Shown: positions 12,501-25,150, counted from the first letter of the stretch. The stretch is 64,000 bases of DNA from Macrostomum lignano (GCA_002269645.1 NIVC01000227.1:620001-684000), one strand, 5' to 3'. A program made the numbers and translations. The notes: generated by a model not told the origin, from the letters alone.

Positions 12501-13674
12501 CTTTAGTTTAAGTTTAAATGACTATTAAATTTTAGTAACCAGGTTTATCGACAAAGATTAGGCCTAATAAATAATATCTTCTAGGCCCCTATGGTACCCC
12601 TAGCTTTAGGGGCGGCAGAGCCTAATATTTGGGGGGGGGGCACCACTAGGCACAGGGCAAGGGGGGCATAGGTACCTTTTAATTGTTTATTAGGGCCTGA
12701 AATCAGAAAAAGCACTAAAAGTTGTTGCGTGAACTCATTTTCTGGGGGGGGGGCATGTGCCCCCAGTGCCACAAGCTCCCGCCAGCTGCCACCCATGCCT
12801 AGCTTAATAATCTGGGCCCAATGCTATAGGCCCTATATTGTTATTATTTGTGAAGAATAGAGCATGGGGTCTATTTATATAGCCTGGCTATGTAATAGAA
12901 CCAGAGGTACTGTTGCCACCACTGCCAGCCACACCTCATCATAGTTCACATTCACACAAACAGTCATAGAATGTGATAGGAGTGATAATAGACAAAAAAT
13001 TGCATGCATTTGAATTGAAGTCAACTTCCAGATATTCTAAAAAACACTCTCTGCCTAGACTGTAGATTGTAGTTCTACCATAATTACTAACGCATTAGTT
13101 ATTAAATTCCAGTCACTTCATATGACACAAAAGGCAATAAGTATACTAGTGTAAGAATTCGTAACACCTTACCAAATTTAGGCCTATGCATAAAAACAAA
13201 TGTTCTAAATTTCATTCGGCTCCAACTGCTATGAAAATAAACCGCCAACCTTGATTTGCGCAAAATGTAGCCTGTAGGCTTACTCTTTAAAAAGGTTTAA
13301 GCATTATTCTCATGACTTTAAAATGAATACAAATGGACATCTTACTAATACATTTTCGTACACAAAACATGTATTGACCGCTTCTGAAGCCGAAAAAAAC
13401 GTGTCCTATTCTGCTACGTGATTGTGACACTGATGCAACCACACTCAGCACTTATATGGTATAGTGATTTCAGTGAATGAAATAAATAAACCCCACTGAT
13501 CAATGTTTCAATGTACAATGTATGAGCGTACATAAAATATTAGAACCCCATTCTAACATACAAGTACAAATTGTCAGCACAAAAATTGTTATTGCTAAGA
13601 TTCTAAGATTTTCTAAGAAACGAGGTTTCCCGTCCTTCCACTTAAGTAGTTCTTGGTCTAATACCCTGTCGCCC

Positions 13675-13740
13675 TTTTGACTGTCGCCCTTTTGACTGTC
13701 GCCCTTTTAACTGTCGCCCTTTTCATCTGTCGCCCTTTTG
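13675..13740. repeat. Short 15-bp tandem repeat (ctgtcgcccttttga)n, ~5 copies
   Basis: Directly visible. Confidence 0.85.
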
Positions 13741-14619
13741 ATCGGTTGCCTCGGTCCGCCCCTAAAGCCTAAGCTTTGTGTATACCTGAATTGAATTCAT
13801 CCTTAAAATAGTCACTGCTAGCTAGCCACTAGCATGTTTTCATGGTTTACAATCATTTTTGTAAAAAGTCATTTTGGCAAAAGTTATTTTGGTGAAAGTC
13901 ATTTCAGCAAAGTTCATTTTGGCAAAAAGTTTTCACCACATTTATAAGGTGCTATATAGTTATAGTGTATTACCTCTTTGTTTATCAGTTGTTTGTTATG
14001 GTTTTTGAATAGAATTTTGAATATGTAAAATATGTGTATTTACAGGCAAAGGAACTTAACTTTGATTTGTAAAAATGTTTAGTGTAACATTAAATGAATG
14101 GTTTAATATAGGCAAAAATAGAAAACCTTGAAAATTAGACATATGTTTCAAGTATGGTTCAAGTGATTGAAAGATTCAGCAAGTTTTAAAAGTACAATGC
14201 ATATGCGTGCATATATACTAACCAATTATGCATCAAAGCAATTGATTTTCACTTACAAATATATATAAAATATAGGCCCTATCTATTATTTATTAAGACT
14301 AAGTTAATAAATAAGACCTATTTATATTTTGTCTAAGTCTAATATAAAAAGAAAAAGTTTTTTAGCTTACTTTTATTTTTATACTTTTTGTTGTTGCTAA
14401 GTAATATAAAACTATTGTTATTTTAGCTATTGTTGTGGCTAAGTAGCCCAATTGATGATATCTTTCAAAATGCCAAAATGTATATTAGCTAGGTCTACCA
14501 CAAAACTAGAATAAACTAAATTCACTAAGTATTATACCTAAAGTTGTTAGTTTGATTCTACCACTAGTAATTCACAAAGAAGATTCCGAGATACAATTAG
14601 CTCAAATTTGCCTAAGAAC

Positions 14620-15849
14620 TAGTGATGGACCAAATGTGGATTTTTGCAAGTTTCCGAAACCGAATCCGAATGTACAAAAAAATCCGAATCCAAATCTGAA
14701 TGTTTCCGAATGTAAGCAAAAAGTGTAAGGTAAACAGCGGGAGTAAACTATGACTCTTTTAATTTACGAAAATGTCTCGTCATCTAATTAGTGCGTACAT
14801 AAATTGACTGACAAGATTCCATCTCTCCTGGGCTTATATTTGTACTTGTACTTTTATTTTAGGGGTTGGATGTGATCACAATCGTGAATTCAGGACCATT
14901 TTTTCACGATAGTGATTTTGTTGAAACCTGTTCCATCAGTTGTGAATTTCTGCTTACATTTTTATTAGAAATATAACTTTTCTACTTCATTTACCAAAAA
15001 ATGTGAACACGAATGTATAAAGAATTAACAAATTTTAAATTTGTTGACTTGACAGCATTATGGCCGAGTAGCTATTATCAATATACGAGTATGATTTCTT
15101 TTCTTGTTTGTTATTTTCAACACTTGTAACTTACGAGCTCAGTATACATGTATGCTAATATAAATTCACAATCACGATCACGCCTGACTTTGAAAAATTC
15201 ATGCATGACCAAAATCTTCTACTTGTCCGACCTCTACTGATATCTATCGCGAAACCAAATTTAAAGAGACAGACTTAGATAGGAAATTCAGTTCTACTTT
15301 TACCGTGTTACATGAACATCTAATTCTAGTACTACTGACTATAGCTAATGAGTGACATATATAATATATATATATACATATAGTGCAATTATGATAATTT
15401 TACCGTATGTAGTAGTCCATGTGACCCGTGCAGTTGTAATTTTGCATTTTGAAAAAACCTGTTATTACACTTGAACAATAATTACCAAAATATTTCCATA
15501 ACTTTAGGTTTATTGTCTTACGGGTTCCTAGGTTTAGTAAATTTACTTATTTAACTTTTTTAAACATATATTGCTGCAAAAATAGACAATTGTAGAAAAA
15601 AAATGACATGATAGATTTTGCTCTTTGCCTTTTAATTTTCTTTCTTTTTAGTTTTTAGTTTCTTTATTTAACGGGTTGCAGCAGCTTTGGTTTCTTGATT
15701 TGTAATATTTATTTTAGATTTGAATTTTAGAAGCACATTTGGAAATATTCAGAAAAAAAATTTCTGAATCCGAAACATTCGGATTCCTATAAAAGTAAGA
15801 CTTTTTTTCGGATTCGGATTCCGAATCTGAATATTCGGACCCATCACTA
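14620..15849. mobile_element. hAT-type non-autonomous DNA transposon
   Basis: Termini TAGTGATGG...CCATCACTA, perfect 8-bp TSD ctaagaac (14612-14619 and 15850-15857), and subterminal ccgaat/attcgg repeats at both ends. Confidence 0.9.
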
Positions 15850-16529
15850 CTAAGAACTCCACTTAATTAGATTATCAAGAATTGATAAATGCTTCCTGAG
15901 GTCATAAAGGCTCAAATAACAGCTAGGATAAATTTATTATGCCTTAATTATTAGTTACAAATCTGAAAATTTTATCACAATTGAGATTAATTTATTATTT
16001 AATAACACTTAGGTAATTAGTTAGTTGCAATTAGGGGTATTGTTGGGAAAGGAGCTGGTTGGGTTAGGGTAGTTGGGGCTTACGATTAGGGTCCTTAAAT
16101 ATTGGATTCATGGATAGGGGTATTCCATTAAAGTCTGGCTGATAAAAAAGGGGACTCGGACTCTTGCTCTCATGAGCCACTGGAAGGAGAGGGGTTACCC
16201 CAGTTGGAAAGAGAATTTGATGCAATGGAAAAATTGGATACTCTGGGTGGTGGTAGTGACTAAACACTCTGTGTAACCCTATTCAAATTAACAGTAAAAC
16301 AAAATACAGAGGATGGAAACCCAAAATACAGTAAGGGGCAAAATAGGGATTTCCACGCAGGGAAATAACATCAATACACATATAGTATAAACAATTTACG
16401 TGAAGTGGGAATAGTGGGAGGTCTGGTCTAATCACTGTATCATATATATAAAAATTATTCAATCTCTTGTCAATAAGTACCTGTATTGGTCTAGCAGTAA
16501 TATACAGTTTTTACTTTAACTGTCTTCAG

Positions 16530-17632
16530 GCAAAGAAAGCAGCAAAAAAGCAGCCCCCATCGGCGGGTGTCAAGCAGCCTCGCCTTGCCCCAGATTTTGC
16601 TCACTTCGATTTGTCATCTCGAAGAAAACAGTCTGGCAAAAAATCTACTGCCAAAAAAGCGACTACTGATGGCGATGATGCGCCGTTGGATGCTGAGCTG
16701 AACCAACTGCTGCAGGCGCCACTGGCATCTGTTCGAGTGGATGTGCTCAAATCTCAATGCCTAATGTTAGAGGGCAAAGAGAAACGAAAGGTGAAGCATT
16801 TCTGATCTAGCTGTGGTCTGAATCTGCTGTTCTGCAATATCTTTAGTCAGCCATAGCCAAGATTTTCAGTCTTTCATTAGCCATTCATTAGTGAGGTTTG
16901 AGTTTTCTATTAGCCACTCATTAGTGAGGTTTGATTGAGTTTTCTATTGGCCATTCATTAGTGAGGTTTGAGTTTTCTATTAGCCACTCATTAGTGAGGT
17001 TGAGTTTTCTATTAGCCACTCATTAGTGAGGTTTGAGTTTTCTATTAGCCACTCATTAGTGAGGTTTGAGTTTTCTATTAGCCATTCATTAGTGAGGTTT
17101 GAGTTTTCTATTAGCTATTCATTAGTGAGGTTGAGTTTTCTATTAGCCACTCATTAGTGAGAAACGTAGCTTTCTATTAGTCCTTTATTAGTGAGATTTT
17201 CAGCCTTTTATTAATAATTTATTAGAAAGAGATTAGCTAGTGTAATAATGATGGAACACCCAGTCATGTAACTAATTTCTCACAATATTTTTATAATCTC
17301 AGGTTCGCGCTCGCCTCCTGGTTGCTATGGGCGCCCGCGTCGCCAAGAAGCGGCCAGTCGGCTACGCCCGGCTGCAAGTGGATCGGGCCGAAGCGAAAGT
17401 TCGCGAACGAGCCGACAAAATCGCCGAGCGAGCCAGGCTGCGCATAACAGGCTCCGGCGGTGCGGGCAGGAAGGCTGCCAGAAATAAGAAGGCCCAATCA
17501 TCGGCTGCCAACAATAGCGGCAAGGTTGAGAAGATTCGCCACGTTAACTCGAAAGCGGCGTCAAAGTTCAACAATAAATTTGCGGGAAACAAAAGAAGGC
17601 TTGATAATAGACGGGCTGGTAAAAAGCGGTGA
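16530..17632 (+). CDS. Probable FSAF1/C1orf131 (DUF4602)-like small-subunit processome factor; last two exons, first exon not identified
   Basis: Exons 16530-16790 and 17303-17632 join in phase 0 through AG/GT sites. The junction region LASVRVDV..EKRKVRARLLVAMGARVAKKRPVGYARLQ aligns without gaps to my recollection of the C1orf131 motif (RLEV..R..LGAKPPK..VNY.LQ). The C-terminus is Lys/Arg-rich. Confidence 0.6.
16851..17190. repeat. ~33-bp intronic minisatellite (gccactcattagtgaggtttgagttttctatta)n
   Basis: About 9-10 copies, directly visible. Confidence 0.93.
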
Positions 17633-17892
17633 TGCTCTAACGGTGTCATTTTTTCATGTCTGCATTTATTGGCATTATCATATAGACTATCGTTTTTTAA
17701 TGCATTTTTTAATGAAGCTGTTAAGTCACGATAAATTGCCATAGATTATGAGCGAGAAATTCACTGTTTTTATTAATTTAAGCAACAAGAACTTTAACAG
17801 GAAACAGATCGAGGATATAGCAAAGCAAACGAATACCAAAGTATTTGATTTTCGACAGTTAAGACTTATAAGTACGAGCTATATATTCTTTG

Positions 17893-19249
17893 TTAGAATT
17901 TGAACGTGCACCCATCGAAGAGGCAGTTGGCAAACATCGGCTGTTGCACACTTCGCAGGTCAACTTGAGCTTGCTGCATGACTGTTGCACTAGTGGTTGC
18001 ACTCGTAGTCGCATCGGTTGGTGGGGCCAAATTGTCACTAACAGCGGTAGCAACCTTCCTGAGGGTTCTGTCACGCTTGCGTGCGAGATAACGTCGAACA
18101 GTGGACTCCGATCGTTGTCCTGTTACCGCCATTATCTCCCCCATAGGCATTCCTTTGTCGAAAAGATCCGCAATACGCGTGACGCGTATGCAGTGATTCG
18201 TGTACTGCTTGGAGAGGTTGCACACACTACTAACGTGCTTCATGAATGCAGCCAACCAATTGACACCGCGCACTTGCGTAGCAGAGAATCGAATTTGTCC
18301 TCCCGAATTGTTAGTCAGAGGGCGCGGAAAGAACGAGGACGAATTCTGCGGTAACAAACTCTGATAATGCAGGATCAACTCCCGCTGAGCGCCGTAGATC
18401 CGACTCTGTTTGCGCTGATTTCCCTTGCATTTTGTTGGATCGCTAGTCTGGTTTTTTGTCTTTAACGGCGGCAACGCAAGATATGGATTCCCATCAGCGT
18501 CGACTTCTTCTTGGAGCGTGCCAACTTGCTTTAGACTTGAAAGGTGCTCTTGACATCTCTTGCCCAGGACATACAGCAGCGTAAATAGTACTTCATCTTG
18601 CAACCGTTCTGCTGTAGAACGGTCAAAATAAGCACGCATTTTCTGTAAATCACCTTCTTCTATTGGCTCGTGCTGATTGACAGTGCCTCCATCAGCATGA
18701 AAATGCCGCACCTTTACTCGCAGCATCCGGTTGGCAGTGGCGAACTCGTCACTGGAAATACGGCGTAATATTTGTTCGACGCTTCAGCACGAGAGTCAAG
18801 TACCTCTGCACTCCAGCACGAATGCAGACCAACGTAGCTGGCGAATAGCAACTGCCGTCAGATTTTTTTAGACAGAAGTAAAAGAACCTTAAAAATTCGG
18901 CCAAGCGACTGTCACTGATCACGCTTACATCCACAGCACCATGCTTCTTCAAAAACTCCACGAACATTTTGCCATACAGAAACATGTGTTCTCGTGTAGT
19001 GCTCGGCAGTGATTCCAGTTCGGCAACATCCATCGCACTGGGTAAATCAGATAGTTCTGGAAGCTCGACACTAGAAACCGCAGCGGCCTCATCAGCCGTC
19101 TCGATTTTAGTCAGGTAGTCGATAAAATCTCCAAGAATTTCATCGGAACTGTGGTTCACGGCGCTCAGTTCACTCAGAAAATCTAGTTCAGTAGACGAGA
19201 CGCCATCTAAACTGTCGACCGGTAGGTTTTTCCAGTTGATAAGAGGCAT
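17893..19249 (-). pseudogene. Crypton-like tyrosine recombinase (DUF3504-type), frameshifted
   Basis: Two ORFs (19249-18749 and 18726-17893) join through a 1-nt frameshift near 18760, restoring NI..DEFATANRML. Motifs: L..FLRFFY..LKK.DG..YSPATL..IRAGVQRYL, LGKR, YTNHCIRVT, TGQRSESTVRRY. Confidence 0.85.
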
Positions 19250-19528
19250 TTTTAATTCGATTTCTCTCGCTTCTTGCTTCTAGTTCTTAACTTCCTAACA
19301 GACTTCATGGTCGAGCTTTTCTTTTAGAGAACTGTATTCTAAAAAATTGTCTATGGTCCAATTAGTGGGGGCTCTGCCCCCACACCCCGCAAGGGAGCTG
19401 CGCCCCCTTGTCCATGCTCACTGCCGAGCCAATATCTATGGCACGAAGACACTGCAGCGTTACTTAATGGCGTGGCTTAATGGCGTTACATAATGATCAA
19501 CCGAAAACGCTAGTTTATATGATAATGC

Positions 19529-19632
19529 GATTATGTCTATGGTTTCAGAATTAAATAATGATCAGCAGTCACTCGTGGCTTCGCCACTCGTGACTGTGAT
19601 CATTATCCAAGTCTGAAACCATAGACTTAATC
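19529..19632. repeat. ~100-bp palindrome with GTCTATGG arms and GGCTTCGCC core, upstream of YR copy 1
   Basis: gtctatggtttcaga...ataatgatca.cagtca..cgtggc-ttc-gccactcgtgactgtgatcattat...tctgaaaccatagac. Confidence 0.9.
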
Positions 19633-20206
19633 TACCATTAAGATGGGGCAGTCATCATCTTCTAAGCCAGACTGACTTCATTTTAAAGTACATCGTAAAC
19701 TATATATAGCAATGTCTATTCCTAAACGCTCTATGCGGCATTAAAATGTTTGATTGAAGTTCATAAATAAAATCGCCCGTGATAATTCGGGCAAATCCCA
19801 TTTCTTACACCTATACTAACTATAGAAATAAGTTGTCTGTCTTGTGTGGTTGATTTTTTGAAATTAAAAAACCGGCTCAACCGATTTTCATCAAACTTGC
19901 ACCGTTCGATCAGAAATTTTCCAGTGACGGTACGTGTCGTGGCTAGGAAATCGCTCAATACTAAAGAGATTCAATATTCGAAGAACATGCTGTTTTGCGA
20001 AGGTCAAGAAGAAAGATAAAAGAACCGTTATTTCGACAATAAAAGAAGCGTCATGTCAACCATGTAAGACTCGTGGGGCAACTGCTAAGAAGTCAAGGGT
20101 CTGGGGTGTTTTCCGAAACTCTGCTCGAGGTTCATGAAGAATTGCGGAGACATCAAGACTCATATGGGGGGGGGATTGCTGAAATGCTGTGGCTCAACAA
20201 TACCAA

Positions 20207-20760
20207 ACTCCCTCACTGACCTCCCTCACCTCCCTCACTCTGACCTCCCTCACTCTGACCCTCACACTGACCTCCATCACGCTGACCTCCCTTACACTGA
20301 CCCCCTCACATTGACCTCCCTCACACTGACCTCCATCACGCTGACCTCCCTTACACTGACCTCCCTCACATTGACCTACCTCACACTGACCTCCCTTACA
20401 CTGACCTCCCTTACACTGACCTCCCTCACACTGACCCCCTCACATTGACCTCCCTCACACTGACCTCCCTTACACTGACCTACCTCACACTGACCTCCCT
20501 CACACTGACCTCCCTTAAACTGACCCCCTCACATTGACCTCCCTCACACTGACCTCTCTCACACTGACCTCCATCACACTGACCTCCCTTACACTGACCT
20601 CCCTCACACTGACCTCCCTCACACTGACCCCCTCACATTGACCTCCCTCACACTGACCTACCTCACACTGACCTCCCTCACACTGACCTCTCTCACACTG
20701 ACCTCCCTCACACTGACCTCCCTCACACTGACCTCCCTCACATTGACCTCCCTCACATTA
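20207..20760. repeat. 15-bp minisatellite (acactgacctccctc)n
   Basis: About 35 copies, directly visible. The TLTSL ORFs are artefacts of it. Confidence 0.95.
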
Positions 20761-21182
20761 AAAATGAGTTTTTTTTTAGTTTTTATCGCCGGAAAAATTG
20801 TGAGGTCTCTAAGAATTTCCTCGCAAACTCGCTTTCCTTCCGTAGCAGATCAAATATTTTTGACGCGCACTGCTAATTAATACGAGCTGCTTCTTGACTG
20901 GAATAAATTAATAAATTTGGCTAATTAGCGGTTTGCACCTGGCAAAGTCAAGCCAGACTTACTATTAATTTGGCCAAATTGTTGAATTCCTGTCAATTTG
21001 AGACTGTCTCAACGCATCTGAATACTCACCTGTCATCAACGCTCTGTTGCAGGTGCGTTTGTGTAATCAACCTATCGTGTGCTTCTTCAAATTCAGCATA
21101 AATAACCGATGTATATTGCACTCAGAACTCGCAGGTAAACATTTTTGCTAACTGACCAAGGTATCTGCTTCAAGCAAACAGA

Positions 21183-22073
21183 ATGCCAACAAAGTCTTCG
21201 AGGCATCTTCTTCTTCTGGCGGCCACTGCGGCGCTTTTGTGCGCCATCGCGGCCGCCAATCTGCCTGATAGCTCCGGCGTCAGAGCCATCGACTGGAGCA
21301 GAAAGCACAAGGGCGGACAGCGCTGGAACAAAGGCGGACAACGTTGGAATAAAGGCGGACAGCGCTGGAACAAAGGCGGACAACGCTGGAATAAAGGCGG
21401 ACAGCGCTGGAACAAGGGCGGACAGCGTTGGAACAAGGGCGGACAGCGTTGGAACAAGGGCGGACAGCGCTGGAACAAAGGTGGACAGCGCTGGAACAAG
21501 GGCGGACAGCGTTGGAACAAGGGCGGACAGCGCTGGAACAAAGGTGGACAGCGCTGGAACAAGGGCGGACAGCGCTGGAACAAAGGCGGACAGCGTTGGA
21601 ACAAGGGCGGACAACGTTGGAATAAAGGCGGACAGCGTTGGAACAAGGGCGGACAACGTTGGAACAAGGGCGGACAGCGCTGGAACAAGGGCGGACAGTG
21701 GAACAAGGGCGGACAGCGCTGGAACAAGGGCGGACAACGTTGGATCAAGGGCGGACAACGTTGGAACAAGGGCGGACAGCGCTGGAACAAGGGCGGACAA
21801 CGTTGGAACAAGGGCGGACAGCGCTGGAACAAGGGCGGACAGTGGAACAAGGGCGGACAGCGCTGGAACAAGGGCGGACAGTGGAACAAAGGCGGACAGA
21901 GCTGGAACAAGGGCGGACAGCGCTGGAACAAGGGTGGACAACGTTGGAACAAAGATGGACAGCGCTGGAACAAGGGCGGACAACGTTGGAACAAAGGTGG
22001 ACAGCGCTGGAACAAAGGTGGACAGCGCTGGAACAGGAGCGGACAGCGTTGGAACAAGGGCGGAAGTTATTGA
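21183..22073 (+). CDS. Secreted Gly/Trp/Arg/Lys-rich repeat protein (signal peptide plus ~36 x GGQRWNK)
   Basis: ATG follows a putative 47-nt 5'UTR intron (GT 21135, branch-like ctaac/ctgac, AG 21180-81). Hydrophobic N-terminus LLLLAATAALLCAIAAA. Differences between repeat units are mostly synonymous in this frame (ggc/ggt, cag/caa, cgc/cgt, aac/aat, aag/aaa), and deletions remove whole codons. Confidence 0.85.
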   Translation: MPTKSSRHLLLLAATAALLCAIAAANLPDSSGVRAIDWSRKHKGGQRWNKGGQRWNKGGQRWNKGGQRWNKGGQRWNKGGQRWNKGGQRWNKGGQRWNKGGQRWNKGGQRWNKGGQRWNKGGQRWNKGGQRWNKGGQRWNKGGQRWNKGGQRWNKGGQRWNKGGQRWNKGGQWNKGGQRWNKGGQRWIKGGQRWNKGGQRWNKGGQRWNKGGQRWNKGGQWNKGGQRWNKGGQWNKGGQSWNKGGQRWNKGGQRWNKDGQRWNKGGQRWNKGGQRWNKGGQRWNRSGQRWNKGGSY

Positions 22074-22544
22074 ACCGTTTGCTACTCAACCAATCGGTGC
22101 TATGCTCTATGAACTCTGGTTTCTCCCACAATGAAAAATGAAATGAGAGTCTCTGTGTTAGTTTTTTCTTTTTATTGACTGGAACAATATAGCTGGAGTG
22201 TTCTTGTGTGAGTAGTATTTTGTGTATTTTTCTACGGAGCCCATATAATTATCGACAGTGATACAATATTTTCTTAATCATTCATGAATCTTGGGCGTTT
22301 TTTCGACATTTTTAGGGCGTTGATGATGATTGCTTTTACGAACGAAATGTCGTAGTAGCATCAGAATGATATCTAAAAGTTTTTTTGGCTTAATTTCTCA
22401 ATCTGGGCTTCGGTTACTGCTGCCTCCATGTCCCATATAGCCAATGCTTTCAAGTATTGAGTACCACATGGATTGTCACTGACAATAGCTGATGCATTAA
22501 GCCATATTTCAACATAGTTATTTGCGACGTAGTAGTTGTCTACT

Positions 22545-25150
22545 AGACGTAGTAGTAGTAGTCGACGTAGCGGTACGTGACTTACTTGACTTAGCTGCAG
22601 GGCTGTCCTGGGGGGGGGGCACAGCGGGAATGCGCGAACGTCCATTCCGCTAATCCCTGAACGGCCGACGCGTCGCTATAGACAAAGGGTTGGCGCCCCC
22701 CAGGGAGGTCCCCCAGTGTCGCCAGCAGCTATAGTGCTCTCTGGAAAGGAGAGTTCGGCCCTGCGGGTGGCCCGGAGGTAGCGCATGAGCTGATGAAAGT
22801 TTTCGGGTTTGCACACTTCAGTAATAGATGTGTGTGGCCCGAGGTAAGTGAGTCTGGCGGAAATGCTCAGCGGTTTCGTCACCTGAGTTACAGAAACTGC
22901 AGATGGCGTTGGTGGTGTTGCCCTGCAGGTACTGGTGCCTAGAGAAGCAGCTGTGACCTAGGAGGGTCATGGTGGCAGCCCGGATGTCTCTGCGCGAGAG
23001 GCGCAAGAGGAGCTTCCGGAGCAGGTGAGAGGGCTGAGGGACAGCACCTTTGGATTGCCTGCATGTAGTGCAGTTCGCCCAGGTCGAGCGGTGCTGGGTC
23101 CTGATCCACGCTTTGATGCGCGAGTCAATGACACAGCCAGGAATCGGGACAAGAGGTTCGGGACCGAGAGAGGAGCCGGAGGCGCCAACTTTGCAAGGGC
23201 GTCAGCCAACTCATTTCCTCGGATCCCCACATGCCCCGGAACCCACTTAAGGGTGATTTTGTTGGTGGAACCCAACATGTTGAGGAGTTTGATACAGTTG
23301 AGGACTGTAGCAGAATTGGTACTACAGCCACTGATGGCGTGCAAGGCAGCTTGGCTGTCCGAATGGAAAATGATGTTCTTACCGGTTACGCCAGTGGCGA
23401 GAAGCTCTGCCGTGCAGGAGCTGATGGCGAGAACTTCATTTTGGAAGACACTGAAGTTGACCCCAGTGTACTGAGCGTGGGTTGCGATGACCCTCTCGTT
23501 CAGGAAGATTCCAACACCAAAACCGGTGTTGGCTGACTGCTTAGAACCGTCGGTGTAGCAATGAAACTCACCAGGTTTCAAGTGGTCATTGATGGTATCG
23601 CGCGAGTCTATAGCTACGGAGTAGCGTTGTTTCAGGTTGAGCGTTGTTGAGGCAATGTCATCGGTGAAGACGCAATTGGCCTGACACTCGTTGAGAATGT
23701 TGAGGCACAGGTCGCTATGCGGGACGAGGTTCCGCTTAGCAGTTGCCCTCATGTAAATGAATTTGACACCGGCATCAAGTAAGCGCCGCATCGTTCTAGC
23801 CGCCTCACCCCTGACGAAGAGGTCGAGAGGCGGTAGATTAAGGAAGGCCCCATGCCGGCAAAGGGCGTGGACCTGGTGGCGTTGCAGATAAGCCTACACG
23901 CTCTGCCCTGGATCGTGTTGAGCAAATCTGCGTGGCTTTTGACCTGGGTAGCGCTAACCCAGACAACCGAGGCGTACGTAATGGCGGGTCTAACTACGGA
24001 AGTGTAGATCCACCAAAGCCGCTTTGGGGATAGACCCCAAGAAGTGCCAAGTGCTCGTCGGAGCTGGGCCAGGATGGCTGAGGCACGCTTGGCTTTTGCT
24101 TTCACGTGGAAGGACCAGTTGAGCCGGTGGTCAAGTATGACCCTAAGACATCTGGTCTGGTGCGCGAAGGCAATATCTCTGCCGTATAACTGCAGAGGTC
24201 GTATGTTCCAGCGTATTCTGCTGGTGAACATAATGGCAACAGTTTTGGGCTCAGAGAGTTCCAGACCGTTGTCATTGGCCCAGGATTCGGCTTTGCGGAT
24301 AAAGCTCTGCATCAGATCCCTGAGCGTGCTGGGAGACGGTCCTGCCACAATGGCAGTGACGTCGTCAGCATGCCCGACTTTGAAGACGGGATCAGGTCGT
24401 GAGTCGCCCAGGAGAGCGTCCATGACCAGGTTCCAGAGCGTCGGGGTGAGGACTCCGCCTTGGGGTCCACCCTTACAGACTCTGGTGGAGGCAGTTTGCC
24501 CAAGAAGTTGGGCAGTGACCGTACGGTTGGAGATCATGTACATGATCCACCGTATGAGGGTAGCGTGAGCTTTGCGGTTTTGAAGGGCCCTCTGAAACGC
24601 TTCAAAGATAACGTTGTCGAAGGCGCCAATAATGTCGAGAAAAAGAGCCAGGGCGTTACCGTCACCAAGTACTACCCGTTCAATCTTCTCGACAATCGCA
24701 TGCAGGGCGCTGTCAGTCGACCTGGTACGGAAGGCGTGCTGATTATTGCTTGAGGGGCATTGCTGTCAGCTCGCATGAAAGCAGCGACCAGAGCTTGCTG
24801 ACGTTAAGCTAATTGGCCTAAAGGCCTTGACGCTCTGGTAGTTCACCCTTCCCGGGTTTGGGAATGAAGACTACCCGAGCTTTGGTCCAGCACTTGGGAA
24901 CGTATCCCAGCTGGATAGAGGCCCGCATGAGATTGCGAGTCTCAAGAACGAGGGTATATTGGCTGCTTCACGAAGAAGAACAGGGTAGATACCATCAGGT
25001 CCAGGAGATTTGAAGGGCTTGAAGGTTCTGACCGCACGAGCGATTAAGTCTTCAGTGATAATGCCCGCCGCTAGGGTGGCTCCCCTGACCAGGCCAGCTG
25101 ACTCCCGCTCTGCTGCGACCCCCTGCTGTCTCGGTTCTGTCTCCCACTCA
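22545..25150 (-). mobile_element. 5'-truncated, decayed non-LTR retrotransposon with RT + RNase H (I-group, Loa/Tad1/R1-like)
   Basis: KPFKSPGPDGI, GGPQGGVLTPTLWNL, HADDV (degenerate YADD), RNase H YTDGSK..SDSQAAL..WVPGHVGIRGNELAD, C-terminal CSFC..ETAEH, and a (CTA)n-like tail near 22550. At least four frame changes. Confidence 0.92.

Noticed and set aside
21093-22141. Alternative-frame ORFs over the GGQRWNK gene (ALVPALS, ADSAGTR, FQRCPPL, LEQGRT)
   Set aside because: Shadow frames of a 21-bp unit. Only the 21183 frame has a signal peptide and synonymous variation.
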